From assembly GCA_965209055.1 (NCBI GenBank), contig OZ242374.1:5408001-5472000 (forward strand): a DNA stretch of 64,000 nucleotides. Reading direction: 5' to 3'. Shown in pieces: positions 1 through 9,325 of the stretch; positions within the stretch are counted from its first letter, which is position 1; the number at the start of each line of letters is the position of its first letter. The stretch is from Acidobacteriota bacterium (lineage in GTDB: Bacteria > Acidobacteriota > UBA6911 > RPQK01 > JAJDTT01). Made by a program: the position numbers and the translations under genes. The notes under the pieces are model-generated. The model was not told the DNA's origin and made no database searches. It was given only the letters and a program-made list of their open reading frames with translations.

Positions 1-2
1 TG

Positions 3-50
3 TGGAAGCTGACCCTGACTGAAATCCAGGAGACTGTGCCGCAGGAATGA
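3..50 (+). CDS. Possible 3' end of a gene entering from the left (WKLTLTEIQETVPQE*)
   Basis: Open frame from 3 to TGA at 48-50, converging on the next gene; too short to identify. Confidence 0.25.
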   Translation, partial: WKLTLTEIQETVPQE

Positions 51-75
51 TCAGGGACCACGGCGGGATCCCCGA

Positions 76-1404
76 TTAATCGCGTTGCAACTCTATCGGC
101 AAGACGAAAATGCGGCTCCGTTCACCCGAATCGACGGGCGTCGCACCCCAGCCGAAGGGAGCGCGGTCGTACACCAGCAGCAGCCGGTTGGCCGAGATCT
201 CCACGATCTCCGTGTAGGAGGTGGTCTGACCCCTTCCGCCTCTTTGGCCCTGCTGGGAAATGAGATAGCCGGCGTCCGGCGCCCAGCGGTTGTGATGTTC
301 GAGGATGTCGATGTCCTGCCAGGTCTGCGCACGGGCGTCGGTGGAGAACCATACGCGTATACCGGGGCGGCCGCTGGAGAGCACGATCGTGTCGTTCTGG
401 GTTCGGACCATACTCGGCTCCACGCTGAAGGGGGGGATGGGCTCCGCCCGGGTCCAGGACCGGCCTCCATCGCTGCTGTAGGCCCGGCCCAGGTCCAAGA
501 AACTGCCGACTCGAAACACCGCCATGAGGTCACCATCGGCCAACTGGATCATCGATGTCTCACTGGCCTCCAGAAGTTCCCGAGGCCAGGGTCGACCCTG
601 GAAACGCGGGTCTTCAGGATCCCGCCTCCTGGCGTCAGCAGTCATCACAAAAGGATCAGCCACGGTTGAGAAGTAGCGCCATGTCCGTCCCTTATTTTCA
701 GAAACAAAGAGCAGGCTGATCACCTTCTCTTCTTTTCGAGGCTCCAGGTTCCCCCCGGTCCTCATGTATCCGTTGGCCAGGAGACGATCGCCCATCTGAA
801 GAGCATCGCCGCAGAACTTCAGTCGGGCAATCCAGTTGGTTCGAGGCATCTGGCTCGGAAACGTGCCCACCGGCCAAGGCCAGTCCACTACCCGCACACC
901 GCCCGGTTCTACAACAACGCTGCTCCCACCGTGCTGGAACAGGGTGTAGCTGGTGTGAAGGTTGTGTCTTTCGTCCGGATCGGGTTGGTAGAGGTGGGCC
1001 AGAAGGGCCAGGAGAGATTCCTCCCCCTGAGGTACGTAGATGGCTGGTTGAAGGTCCGCGATGATGTCATAGCGGTGTCCCCAGCTGCGGCCGCCATTTC
1101 TGGAGGTCTGAAAACCGCGAACCGAATAGGGATTCGCATTGGAATCGGCTGATACGGCATAGGTCACCATCAATTCGCCGGAAGGAAATTTGGCCAGAGT
1201 TGGAAACCAGGCATGACCGATGGTTTGGGTCACCTGGATGGGCTGTCCCAGACGAACGGTCAGGCGTTGCAACCTCACCGTCGTCATTTCACCGGTGGCA
1301 AGAAGGTGGAGTTGCGGTGCAAAACCGGAAGCCCACAGCCAAGCCCCGAGGAGAAACACGATCCTCTTCCCGTGCCTTGGCCTGTGATCGCACTGGTCGA
1401 TCAT
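76..1404 (-). CDS. BNR/Asp-box sialidase-like beta-propeller protein, secreted (subgroup A)
   Basis: Asp-boxes SRNGGRSW, SENKGRTW, SSDGGRSW; GRPG; TSY...VYDR; hydrophobic N-terminus; start moved to ATG 1404 behind a GGAGGA RBS. Confidence 0.85.
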   Translation of the reverse strand: MIDQCDHRPRHGKRIVFLLGAWLWASGFAPQLHLLATGEMTTVRLQRLTVRLGQPIQVTQTIGHAWFPTLAKFPSGELMVTYAVSADSNANPYSVRGFQTSRNGGRSWGHRYDIIADLQPAIYVPQGEESLLALLAHLYQPDPDERHNLHTSYTLFQHGGSSVVVEPGGVRVVDWPWPVGTFPSQMPRTNWIARLKFCGDALQMGDRLLANGYMRTGGNLEPRKEEKVISLLFVSENKGRTWRYFSTVADPFVMTADARRRDPEDPRFQGRPWPRELLEASETSMIQLADGDLMAVFRVGSFLDLGRAYSSDGGRSWTRAEPIPPFSVEPSMVRTQNDTIVLSSGRPGIRVWFSTDARAQTWQDIDILEHHNRWAPDAGYLISQQGQRGGRGQTTSYTEIVEISANRLLLVYDRAPFGWGATPVDSGERSRIFVLPIELQRD

Positions 1405-1442
1405 GATTTCCTCCCGGTCGAGAGGGTTTTTTATAGGGATCA

Positions 1443-2768
1443 TCAATCTCCTTCGCTGCGCACCTCGATGGGCAGCACGAAGATGCGCGTGAGTTCGTGC
1501 GGGTGCGACGCCGATGGTTTCGCCCCCCGGTCGTATACGAGCAGCAGCCGGTTGGCCGAAATCTCCACGATCTCCGTGTAAGACGTGGTCCGACTCCTTC
1601 CGCCCCTTTGGCCCCGCGGAGAAATGCTGTAGCCGGCGTCTGGAGCCCAGCGGTTGTGATGTTTGAGGATGTCGATGTCCTGCCAAGTCTGAGCACGGGC
1701 GTCGGTTGAGAACCAGACACGTAGACCGGGGCGGCCACTGGAGAGCACGATGGTGTCATTCTGGGTGCGAACCATACTCGGCTCCACGCTGAAGGGGGGG
1801 ATGGGCTCCACCTGGGTCCAGGAACGGCCTCCATCGCTACTGTAGGCCCGGCCCAGGTCCAAGAAACTGCCGACTCGAAACACCGCCATGAGGTCTCCAT
1901 CGGCCAACTGGATCATCGATGTCTCACTGGCCTCCAGGAGTTCCTGAGGCCAGGGTCGACCCTGGAAACGCGGGTCTTCAGGATCCCGTCTCCTGGCGTC
2001 AGCAGTCATCACAAAAGGATCAGCCACGGTTGAGAAGTAGCGCCATGTCCGTCCCTTATCTTCAGAAACAAAGAGCAGGCTGATCACCTTCTCTTCCTTT
2101 CGAGGCTCCAGGTTCCCCCCGGTCCTCATGTATCCGTTGGCCAGGAGACGATCGCCCATCTGAAGAGCATCGCCGCAAAACTTCAGTCGGGCAATCCAAT
2201 TGGTTCGAGGCATCTGGCTAGGAAACGTACCCACCGCCCAGGGCCAGTCCACCACTTGAGTTCCAGCCGGTTCCATGACCACCCGATCCCCTCCCTGCTC
2301 AAAACGAGAGTAGGTCGAATGCAGGTTGTGCGGATCCTCCAGGTCCGCCTGGTAGAAGTGGGAAGGTATGGCCAATAGGGAATCGTCGTCCCGCGGGACG
2401 TAGATCCAAGGTTGATGGTCGGGGATCAGGTCGTTGCGATGTCCCCAGCTCCTACCCCCGTCCCTGGAGATCTGGAAGGCTCTGAGATAAGTCGGGTTTT
2501 CGTTGGTGTCCGCCACCAGCGAGTAGGTCACCATCAATTCGCCGGAAGGAAATTTGGCCAGAGTTGGAAACCAGGCACGACCGGTGGTTCGGGTCACCTC
2601 GATCGGCTGTCCCAGACGAACGGTCAGGCGCTGCAATCTCACTTTCGTCATTTCGCCGGTGGCAAGAAGGTGGGGTTGCGGTGCAAAGCCGGAAACCCAC
2701 AGCCAGGGCGCAAGGAGCAGCACGATCCTCTTCCCGTGCCTTGGACTGTGATTGCACTGGTCGATCAT
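1443..2768 (-). CDS. BNR/Asp-box sialidase-like protein, tandem paralog of 76-1404
   Basis: Colinear with 76-1404 at an offset of 1364 nt; same RBS/start context; Asp-boxes SRDGGRSW, SEDKGRTW, SSDGGRSW. Confidence 0.85.
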   Translation of the reverse strand: MIDQCNHSPRHGKRIVLLLAPWLWVSGFAPQPHLLATGEMTKVRLQRLTVRLGQPIEVTRTTGRAWFPTLAKFPSGELMVTYSLVADTNENPTYLRAFQISRDGGRSWGHRNDLIPDHQPWIYVPRDDDSLLAIPSHFYQADLEDPHNLHSTYSRFEQGGDRVVMEPAGTQVVDWPWAVGTFPSQMPRTNWIARLKFCGDALQMGDRLLANGYMRTGGNLEPRKEEKVISLLFVSEDKGRTWRYFSTVADPFVMTADARRRDPEDPRFQGRPWPQELLEASETSMIQLADGDLMAVFRVGSFLDLGRAYSSDGGRSWTQVEPIPPFSVEPSMVRTQNDTIVLSSGRPGLRVWFSTDARAQTWQDIDILKHHNRWAPDAGYSISPRGQRGGRSRTTSYTEIVEISANRLLLVYDRGAKPSASHPHELTRIFVLPIEVRSEGD

Positions 2769-2832
2769 GATTTCCTCCCGGTCGAGAGGCCCAAGGATAA
2801 ATCTTACGGCAGAAATCCAACCGGGAACAGGG

Positions 2833-3190
2833 CTATGGCCAAGCGACATTCTCCAGCGGCCTGTCCTCGACCAGCCGGCAAAGGTTCTCGGCGATGGCAT
2901 GTTCGTGGCCATAAACGTTGCAGACCCGGCAGCCGGACGGAACTGCTGAGAAGTCAAGGCCTTCGGTGTCGGCACCCAGGTAGTGGATCAGGCACAAGGA
3001 CGTTCGGTCCTGCCTCAACCATGCCGATTGGAACCTTACGCTCGGAGGTCCAGTTCGCTGAGCTTGATCTCGCTGGCTTCCGGCTTGAAGGTGAAGTACA
3101 GTTCGCACTGTAGGCGCGATTTCTGGCGAAGGGTCAACCGTCTCAAGGCCTTTGCCACGTGGCTCTCCTTGGGCCGGGTAGCCACCTTCT
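2833..3190 (-). pseudogene. Remnant of a D-2-hydroxyacid dehydrogenase (frameshift plus large internal deletion)
   Basis: LCLIHYLGADTEGLDFSAVPSGCRVCNVYGHEHAIAE resembles the substrate-binding N-domain. It runs directly into ENLCRLVEDRPLENVAWP*, which resembles the family C-terminus. No GxGxxG NAD domain; frame change near 3045. Confidence 0.5.
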
Positions 3191-3203
3191 GAGAGCTGAG
3201 GAA

Positions 3204-4016
3204 ATGAACCCCCGATCCGTTCCCATCTTGACCTATCACCATGTTCATCCAGACGGGCACCCGGCATTGCAGCGCGCCGCCAGGAAGGGTCTGCTCGGCC
3301 ACATGGCTGCCAGTGGGTTCCGGAGCCATCTCGAGATGCTGACCGGGACGGGGTGGCAGATTCGCTCTACGTCGGAGATTATCGACTGGCTGATCGACAA
3401 TAGCCAGATTCCGCAACAGACGGTAGCAATCCACTTTGATAACGGGTGGCTGGATACTTGGGAGACCGCCAGAGCCGTACTTGACGAGTTCGGAGCGAGG
3501 GCGCTGGTCTATATCATCGGCGGCGCCACGGAACAGGTCTCAGGACGATCCAGCGTGCCGCAGAGATGGAATCTTCGCACCCGAACCGAGGGCCACGTCA
3601 GCTCGGAGGACCATAGGATTATGAGCTGGGCGCAGGTGCACGATCTGCTGGACAGCGGCTGGGAATTGGGGGCCCATACGCTTACCCATCCGCGGCTCAC
3701 CCGGGTGCTGGCGGAGCAAGGCAAGGAGGAAGTGAGGCGCGAGATCGAGGAATCGAATCAGATCCTGCGCCGCCGACTGGGCATTGAACCGGTCCACTTC
3801 GCCTACCCCAGCGGCGATTGGAACGAAGAAGTCGAGAGAATCGTAGCGCCCTATTACCGCTCCGTCCGGCTTTGGCGCAAGGGCCCGCCCTGGTACTTCA
3901 CCCACGCGGACACGCCGCCCTCGAGGATCGAGTGCCAAAACATCGACACTTCGGTCTCAACCGGACAGATCCGCGCGTTTCTCGCAGCGGCAGCCCGAGG
4001 TGAGCGTATGGCCTAG
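3204..4016 (+). CDS. Polysaccharide deacetylase family protein (CE4/NodB-like)
   Basis: PILTYHHV, HFDNGW, ELGAHTLTHP, FAYPSG; ATG 3204 after GAGG. Confidence 0.85.
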   Translation: MNPRSVPILTYHHVHPDGHPALQRAARKGLLGHMAASGFRSHLEMLTGTGWQIRSTSEIIDWLIDNSQIPQQTVAIHFDNGWLDTWETARAVLDEFGARALVYIIGGATEQVSGRSSVPQRWNLRTRTEGHVSSEDHRIMSWAQVHDLLDSGWELGAHTLTHPRLTRVLAEQGKEEVRREIEESNQILRRRLGIEPVHFAYPSGDWNEEVERIVAPYYRSVRLWRKGPPWYFTHADTPPSRIECQNIDTSVSTGQIRAFLAAAARGERMA

Positions 4017-4019
4017 CTG

Positions 4020-5828
4020 CTAGGCGCCTGAGACAAGCGAGACACGGACCTGCAGCAACTCAACGGGCGCGGAGGGCTCCCCTCCCTGACAAGGATCGAT
4101 CGTCAACTCCAAGGTATTGTCCCCTTTTCTCAGAGTACCCGGATCCACTATGTAGTTCAGCCAACCAGCTTCTTTTTGAAAACCGAGGCCGTAGCCAGCT
4201 TCCGTGTACTGCCGGCTGGTTTCCGGGGAAATGTACCCTTTCGGTGAAGCCGGTTGCGGATTGGAGATCGGCCGGCCGTTGAGTCTCCAGGTGGCTCGTT
4301 CCCCGTCGGCTGCGTCTTTCCATTTGGTCAGCACCGTCGCTGCCAACATGGAATCGGGCTCATCAGCGATGGTCACGGCGAACCGCACGCTACTTGACCC
4401 CGACCGGGTGGTAAACACCCGGGGCAACTGGCCGGGTATGTTCCGCGTCTTGGAAGGCCGGTCCGAGTCGATGGCATAGAGCTTGTTCTTGCCTGCCAGG
4501 GCCTTTGGATCACCTACCCGAGGCACCGTACCGTAGTCTTTCGGATCGGTGGGGCCGTGATGGGTGTGCCAATCAAAGAGGTAGATTCCGTCTACGCCCT
4601 CTTCCCAAAACCGATGGGAGGCTGCATGGACCGCAGTGTAGTCCGAGGCGACATCTTCTTCAATCTCGGGATCTCGATGATCAAACTTGGGCCGACCGCT
4701 GCGAAAAGGGTGCACGAGACGGTCGAGACAGCCGTATACCTGGATATCGTATCGATGTCCGAGTCGGACCCACTCTTGGATAGGGATGGAATAAGGCATC
4801 AGTCCGGAACCACCAATGATGAGATCCACCCAGAGGTTGCGAGCCCAGGTCTCCGGGTCCAGTCCGGCTGACAGGCTCAACTCGATGCTGTCCGGAGGGC
4901 GGACGGCAAGGAGAATCGGACGTCCTCGCCTTTCCCCGTAGTGGTCCAGTGTTTGACGGACCTGATGAACGAAGTCGTTCATGACGGGTGTGTTCCGGCG
5001 CTGCTCCCCGAGCTTGAAGAACATGCTGTGCCGGCACCAGTCGAGCTCCACCCCATCCAGGTCGTAGCGGCGGCAGGCTCCTTCCACCACCTCCAAGTAT
5101 CGAGCCCGGACCTCGGGGAGCGCATAGTTGTAGCCCGCCCAAAAACGGGCGTCGCGAGAAGCCATTCCGTTTCGTTTGATGACGTCTGCCAGCGGATGAT
5201 CTTCCTCCGCCTGACGGCGCAACTCGACGATCTCTTGGGGGTCGTAGAGGTGCCCCTTCTTCTCGATTTCACTGTAGCGTTGAATCCAGGGCAGGGTCTT
5301 CTTTTCCCAATGTTCCCTCGAAATGTAACCCAACAGCAGTTCAGGATGTTTGAGCCTGAATGGGGGCCAGTAGGAGGCTTTTGGAGGGAACAGGGAGGCG
5401 TGGATGTCATTCATTCGAATGGAGTAAAAAAATTCCATTCCATTCTGGTGCGCGAAGTCGACTACGTGCCTGACCGGATTCGGACCCAGGACTTGGATGT
5501 GTTCTTGTGGGAATTCCCAGTCGGGCTCGTTGACATGGGCGCAGTAGAAAATGCTGGCTACGTCGGTTCCCTTCACATAGCTGAGCGTGTTCGCCAGGAA
5601 TTGGCCGGGTGATTTCAGGGGAATCGGCCACTTACCGCCCGCGTAGGCGGGCTGCAGCATGTCACTGCCGTCGTTGTTCCAGAGAACGGGACGCTTTCGC
5701 CGCCTGGCCTTCATTCTCTCGGCAGCCGGATTGGAGCCCAGAACGGCAGGGGCGCCGCCGTGGGCGGAAACCGACGAAACCCAGGTTGCGGCAGTCATTT
5801 GTTTCAGAAACGTTCGCCGATTCCGCAT
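4020..5828 (-). CDS. GHL10-like (family 10-like) glycoside hydrolase, Tat-exported, paralog 1
   Basis: Tat motif NRRTFLK; WNNDGSD, YSIRMNDIH, NYALPEVR, YDLDGVELDW, DGIYLFD. Confidence 0.75.
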   Translation of the reverse strand: MRNRRTFLKQMTAATWVSSVSAHGGAPAVLGSNPAAERMKARRRKRPVLWNNDGSDMLQPAYAGGKWPIPLKSPGQFLANTLSYVKGTDVASIFYCAHVNEPDWEFPQEHIQVLGPNPVRHVVDFAHQNGMEFFYSIRMNDIHASLFPPKASYWPPFRLKHPELLLGYISREHWEKKTLPWIQRYSEIEKKGHLYDPQEIVELRRQAEEDHPLADVIKRNGMASRDARFWAGYNYALPEVRARYLEVVEGACRRYDLDGVELDWCRHSMFFKLGEQRRNTPVMNDFVHQVRQTLDHYGERRGRPILLAVRPPDSIELSLSAGLDPETWARNLWVDLIIGGSGLMPYSIPIQEWVRLGHRYDIQVYGCLDRLVHPFRSGRPKFDHRDPEIEEDVASDYTAVHAASHRFWEEGVDGIYLFDWHTHHGPTDPKDYGTVPRVGDPKALAGKNKLYAIDSDRPSKTRNIPGQLPRVFTTRSGSSSVRFAVTIADEPDSMLAATVLTKWKDAADGERATWRLNGRPISNPQPASPKGYISPETSRQYTEAGYGLGFQKEAGWLNYIVDPGTLRKGDNTLELTIDPCQGGEPSAPVELLQVRVSLVSGA

Positions 5829-5882
5829 GTTTCCTTCTATGCAATCTCGCCTCAAACCCGACGGTTCCGCTCTGCCACGGCT

Positions 5883-7334
5883 TCAGGCATCGATTTTGGC
5901 GCGCCAGTGCACGGACTTTCGAACTGTCAGCTCGCGCAAAAACTCGATCCCGTGGCCGATGCCCAATCCGCTCCCCTTGAAGGGTTCGGCGGGGGCGCCC
6001 GGGGCCTGGCCGCGCTCGGTGTTGATCTTGATCATTCCGGCCTTCAGTTTCTCGATGGCATCCATAGCTCGCGCCGCGCTTTCCGTGCAGACGATGGCCG
6101 AGAGCCCGTACTCGGTTGCATTGGCCCGCTCGATGGCTTCCTCGAAAGAATCCACCTTCACCACCGGGGCCACCGGACCAAACGTTTCCTCATACATCAG
6201 GGCCATATCTTCCGTGACGTTGGCCAGCACCGTTGGGGGATAGAAGAAACCGGGCCGATCGAGCCTCCCGCCCCCCGCCAGCACCTCGGCCCCCACCTGG
6301 ACCGCGCTGTCGACATGCTGTTGGACCCTCGAGAGCTGAGTCTCGTCGATCATCGGGCCCATCTCGGTCAAGGGATCCAATCCTGGTCCCACTTTGAGAG
6401 ATTTGGCCGAGTTGACGAGGTTTTCGACGAAGGTGTCCCGCACGGAAGACTGGACGTAGATCCTTTCCGTCGAAGTGCAGATCTGTCCGGCGTTGGCAAA
6501 GGCGCAACGTGCGGCCAGCCGCGCCACTGCACGCGGATCCACCGTATCATCGACGATAAAGGCATCGTTGCCCCCGAGCTCCAGAATGACTTTCAACACC
6601 CGCTCTCCGGCGATGCGGCCGATGTGGCGGCCTACCTGGAGGCTTCCGATAAAGCAGACGATGTCCACGTCCGGGTGGCGGACGATCGGCTCACCCATGG
6701 TTGGACCATCGCCATTCAGGTGATTGACTGCCCCGGGAGGGAGGTGATCGAAGACCCGCTCGAAAAAAAGCCGGGTGGCCAGAGGGGTTTTCTCCGAACT
6801 CTTAAGCACCACCGTGTTGCCGACCATCAGGTTGCACACCGCCAACTCCACGGAGGCGATCACGGGAAAGTTCCAGACGCTGATACAGGCGGCCACGCCC
6901 CGTGGCTCCCAGCGCTGAAAGACCAGATCACCGGCCTGCGAACCCAGGTGGCGCGAGTCCAGGTAGATTCCAATCTCCGCCACTTGGTTGGTCAGGCCCA
7001 CGCACGCGTCAAGCTCGGAGTAGGCCTCGGCCAGGGGCTTACCGTTTTCTCGAGTCAGCAGAGGCGCCACTTCATCCCGGCAGGCCTGCATCTTGCGCGC
7101 GGCCGCCCGAAGCTGGACCGCGCGCGCAGGCGGGGAAAGAGCCCCCCATTTCCGGCCTGCCTCCACGGCTGCCTCTACCGCAGCAGCGGCATCCGCTGGA
7201 TCACCGCGCGGCACGTCTACGATATGATCCAAATTGGAGGGGTCATGGATGGACAGAGATTCGGTCCCATGGGATGGGACCGAACGCCCGCCGATCCACT
7301 GAGTCTGGGCCGCGGCCACGGCTGTTGTTTCCAT
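5883..7334 (-). CDS. NAD(P)-dependent aldehyde dehydrogenase
   Basis: WNFP, LKSSE, FIGS, LELGGN (general base Glu), GQICTS (catalytic Cys), EETFGP. Confidence 0.95.
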   Translation of the reverse strand: METTAVAAAQTQWIGGRSVPSHGTESLSIHDPSNLDHIVDVPRGDPADAAAAVEAAVEAGRKWGALSPPARAVQLRAAARKMQACRDEVAPLLTRENGKPLAEAYSELDACVGLTNQVAEIGIYLDSRHLGSQAGDLVFQRWEPRGVAACISVWNFPVIASVELAVCNLMVGNTVVLKSSEKTPLATRLFFERVFDHLPPGAVNHLNGDGPTMGEPIVRHPDVDIVCFIGSLQVGRHIGRIAGERVLKVILELGGNDAFIVDDTVDPRAVARLAARCAFANAGQICTSTERIYVQSSVRDTFVENLVNSAKSLKVGPGLDPLTEMGPMIDETQLSRVQQHVDSAVQVGAEVLAGGGRLDRPGFFYPPTVLANVTEDMALMYEETFGPVAPVVKVDSFEEAIERANATEYGLSAIVCTESAARAMDAIEKLKAGMIKINTERGQAPGAPAEPFKGSGLGIGHGIEFLRELTVRKSVHWRAKIDA

Positions 7335-7402
7335 AAGAACTCCGTCGGGACAGGTTGGGTTTTGACTCCGGCTGAGGCACCGGCTGGCACACTTTGGTGT
7401 GA

Positions 7403-7411
7403 ATTATAACA
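7403..7411 (-). promoter_or_regulatory. Candidate extended -10 promoter for the ALDH-GHL10 unit
   Basis: TGTTATAAT on the minus strand about 70 nt upstream of the ALDH start. Confidence 0.45.
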
Positions 7412-7523
7412 CTGGCATTGAATGAGTCCGCAACTTTGTCAGAACGGTGTGAGAACGGCTCGGCTTGCAGCCGAATGGTCCGAGTCGAATGGAAAGCTTG
7501 AGGAGCGAGGAGGTGCAAGAGAC

Positions 7524-9170
7524 TCACCGCTCCGGTTCGGTAACGTCCAGGATCTGGTTTGGCAGGACGTTCCGCAGAGTTTGCTGAATCCCCGAAGGCC
7601 ACTGGATCTCCACACTTTCAATCCGCCCAGCCTTTCCCAAGCCGAAATGGACCCGAGGGTCGTTCGCGGATTGGTAGCTGGAAGCGCTGCTCACCGTCCA
7701 ATGCTGGGTCAGGCCGCCGGCGCTCAGCGTGATTCGCGCTCCCAGGCCGAAACGATTGCTCTTCCGGCCCAAGAGCCGCAGCAGAATCCAATTCCGTCGG
7801 TTGCCGCCCTGATTCAACAGCAGGCTGGGACGCCCGTTCAGATTCGAGACCACGATATCCTGGTCGCCGTCGTTGTCGAAGTCTCCGAAGGCGGCACCAC
7901 GGCTTACCATCGGGGTCTCAAAAATCATTCCGCTGCTGGACGAGACATTTTCAAATGTGCCGTCAGCCAGATTCCGGAACAGAAGGGGCGCCTGAGAGTA
8001 TCCCACGTGGCTCAGGTACAGAGAGACGTTGTCCATCACATGGCTGTTGGCTGTGAAGATGTCTTTCCAGCCGTCGTTGTCGTAGTCGAAAAAACGCGTT
8101 CCCCAGCCCGTGTACGCCAGCGTCATCTGGCCGATGCCGGTGGCAAAGCGCACATCGGTAAAGCTTCCGTCCCCGTTGTTCTCGAAGACGACGTACATGT
8201 CACCGGTCAGCGTGGTGATGACCAGATCGGGATAGCCGTCATTATTGTAATCCTGAAAATCGACTCCCATTCCTCCAAAGGTGTCTCCGTCGCTGTTGTA
8301 CGCCACCCCGGCGGCCAGAGCGACTTCAGAGAAGCTTCCGTCGCGGTTGTTCTGGAACAGAAGGCAGGGGCTGCGATCGTTCGCCACGTAGATGTCGATC
8401 CATCCGTCGAGGTCGTAATCGGCGAAAGCGACCCCTAAACCTTTGCCTTGCGACTCTCCTATGCCCGAGGAAGCGGACACGTCCGTGAAAGTGCCGTCCC
8501 CGTTGTTGCGATACAGCAGGTCGGAGATCCCGCCATAGCGATCCGGAATGCAGTAGCTGCGGTACCCGGGTCCGGGCTTGCCACAGTAGGGATTATTTTC
8601 GAAATCCCAATCCAGATATTGGACCACATACAGATCCAGATCACCGTCCCGGTCGTAGTCCAGGAAGGCGGCACTGCTGGACCAAAGCTGGCCGGCGACC
8701 CGAGCCGCGGCCGTAACATCGGTAAAGCGACCGATCCCCTCGTTCCGGTACAAGGAATTACGCCCAAAGCGAGTCACATAAACATCCAGATCCCCGTCGT
8801 TGTCGTAATCACCCGTCGCCACCCCCATCCCATATCCGCTTCCCGCCATCCCGGCGGAAACCGTGACATCCTGGAAGCCTTCTCCGTTGAGGTTGCGGTA
8901 GAGACGATCCGCATATACGCCGCTCTTGGGCTTCGAAATGCGTTCCGTCGAATTGGCTCCCTGGAGGGGAAATCCATTGACCAGGAAAAGGTCCAGGAAG
9001 CCATCCGAATCAAAGTCGAGCACGCCGACACCCCCACCCATGGTTTCGATCAGGTACTTGTGCTCGGTTGGAGATGCCTGCTGCCTGAAGCTCAAACCCC
9101 AGGTCACGCCAGCCTCCCGGTAGACCACCGGAGGGGCATCCACGGTGCCGCCCAGGAGGCCGGCCGTCAT
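7524..9170 (-). CDS. CRTAC1-family protein (FG-GAP/VCBS repeats plus ASPIC-UnbV domain)
   Basis: Repeated DYDNDGxxD motifs; KYLIETMGGG; C-terminal SYQSANDPRVHFGLG...IQWPSG. Confidence 0.92.
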   Translation of the reverse strand: MTAGLLGGTVDAPPVVYREAGVTWGLSFRQQASPTEHKYLIETMGGGVGVLDFDSDGFLDLFLVNGFPLQGANSTERISKPKSGVYADRLYRNLNGEGFQDVTVSAGMAGSGYGMGVATGDYDNDGDLDVYVTRFGRNSLYRNEGIGRFTDVTAAARVAGQLWSSSAAFLDYDRDGDLDLYVVQYLDWDFENNPYCGKPGPGYRSYCIPDRYGGISDLLYRNNGDGTFTDVSASSGIGESQGKGLGVAFADYDLDGWIDIYVANDRSPCLLFQNNRDGSFSEVALAAGVAYNSDGDTFGGMGVDFQDYNNDGYPDLVITTLTGDMYVVFENNGDGSFTDVRFATGIGQMTLAYTGWGTRFFDYDNDGWKDIFTANSHVMDNVSLYLSHVGYSQAPLLFRNLADGTFENVSSSSGMIFETPMVSRGAAFGDFDNDGDQDIVVSNLNGRPSLLLNQGGNRRNWILLRLLGRKSNRFGLGARITLSAGGLTQHWTVSSASSYQSANDPRVHFGLGKAGRIESVEIQWPSGIQQTLRNVLPNQILDVTEPER

Positions 9171-9325
9171 CAGAAGAATAGGAACCTTATCTTTCTCGAT
9201 GTTTCAACTCTCTGAAAATCCGCAGTGCACTCTCCGCTTCCTCCTGCTGGCCGAGCTTCCGACCAGCAAAGATTCGAGATGTGGGGATCGAGCGGCGGAC
9301 ATCTAACCTCAGCGCAGAGTCCCCT

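Noticed and set aside
1405-1686. Long N-terminal extensions in the ORF track (also at 2975, 12498, 17837, 20907, 28038, 28984, 32262, 43129)
   Set aside because: They overlap neighbours or precede a better RBS-supported start that matches paralog length and signal peptide
76-2768. Diversity-generating retroelement as the cause of the variable block
   Set aside because: No reverse transcriptase in the window, and the differences do not appear restricted to adenines or to a short terminal repeat
5760-9215. Long plus-strand ORFs 5760-7409, 7422-8438 and 8448-9215
   Set aside because: Antisense shadows of the ALDH and CRTAC1 genes, expected in GC-rich DNA; no motifs
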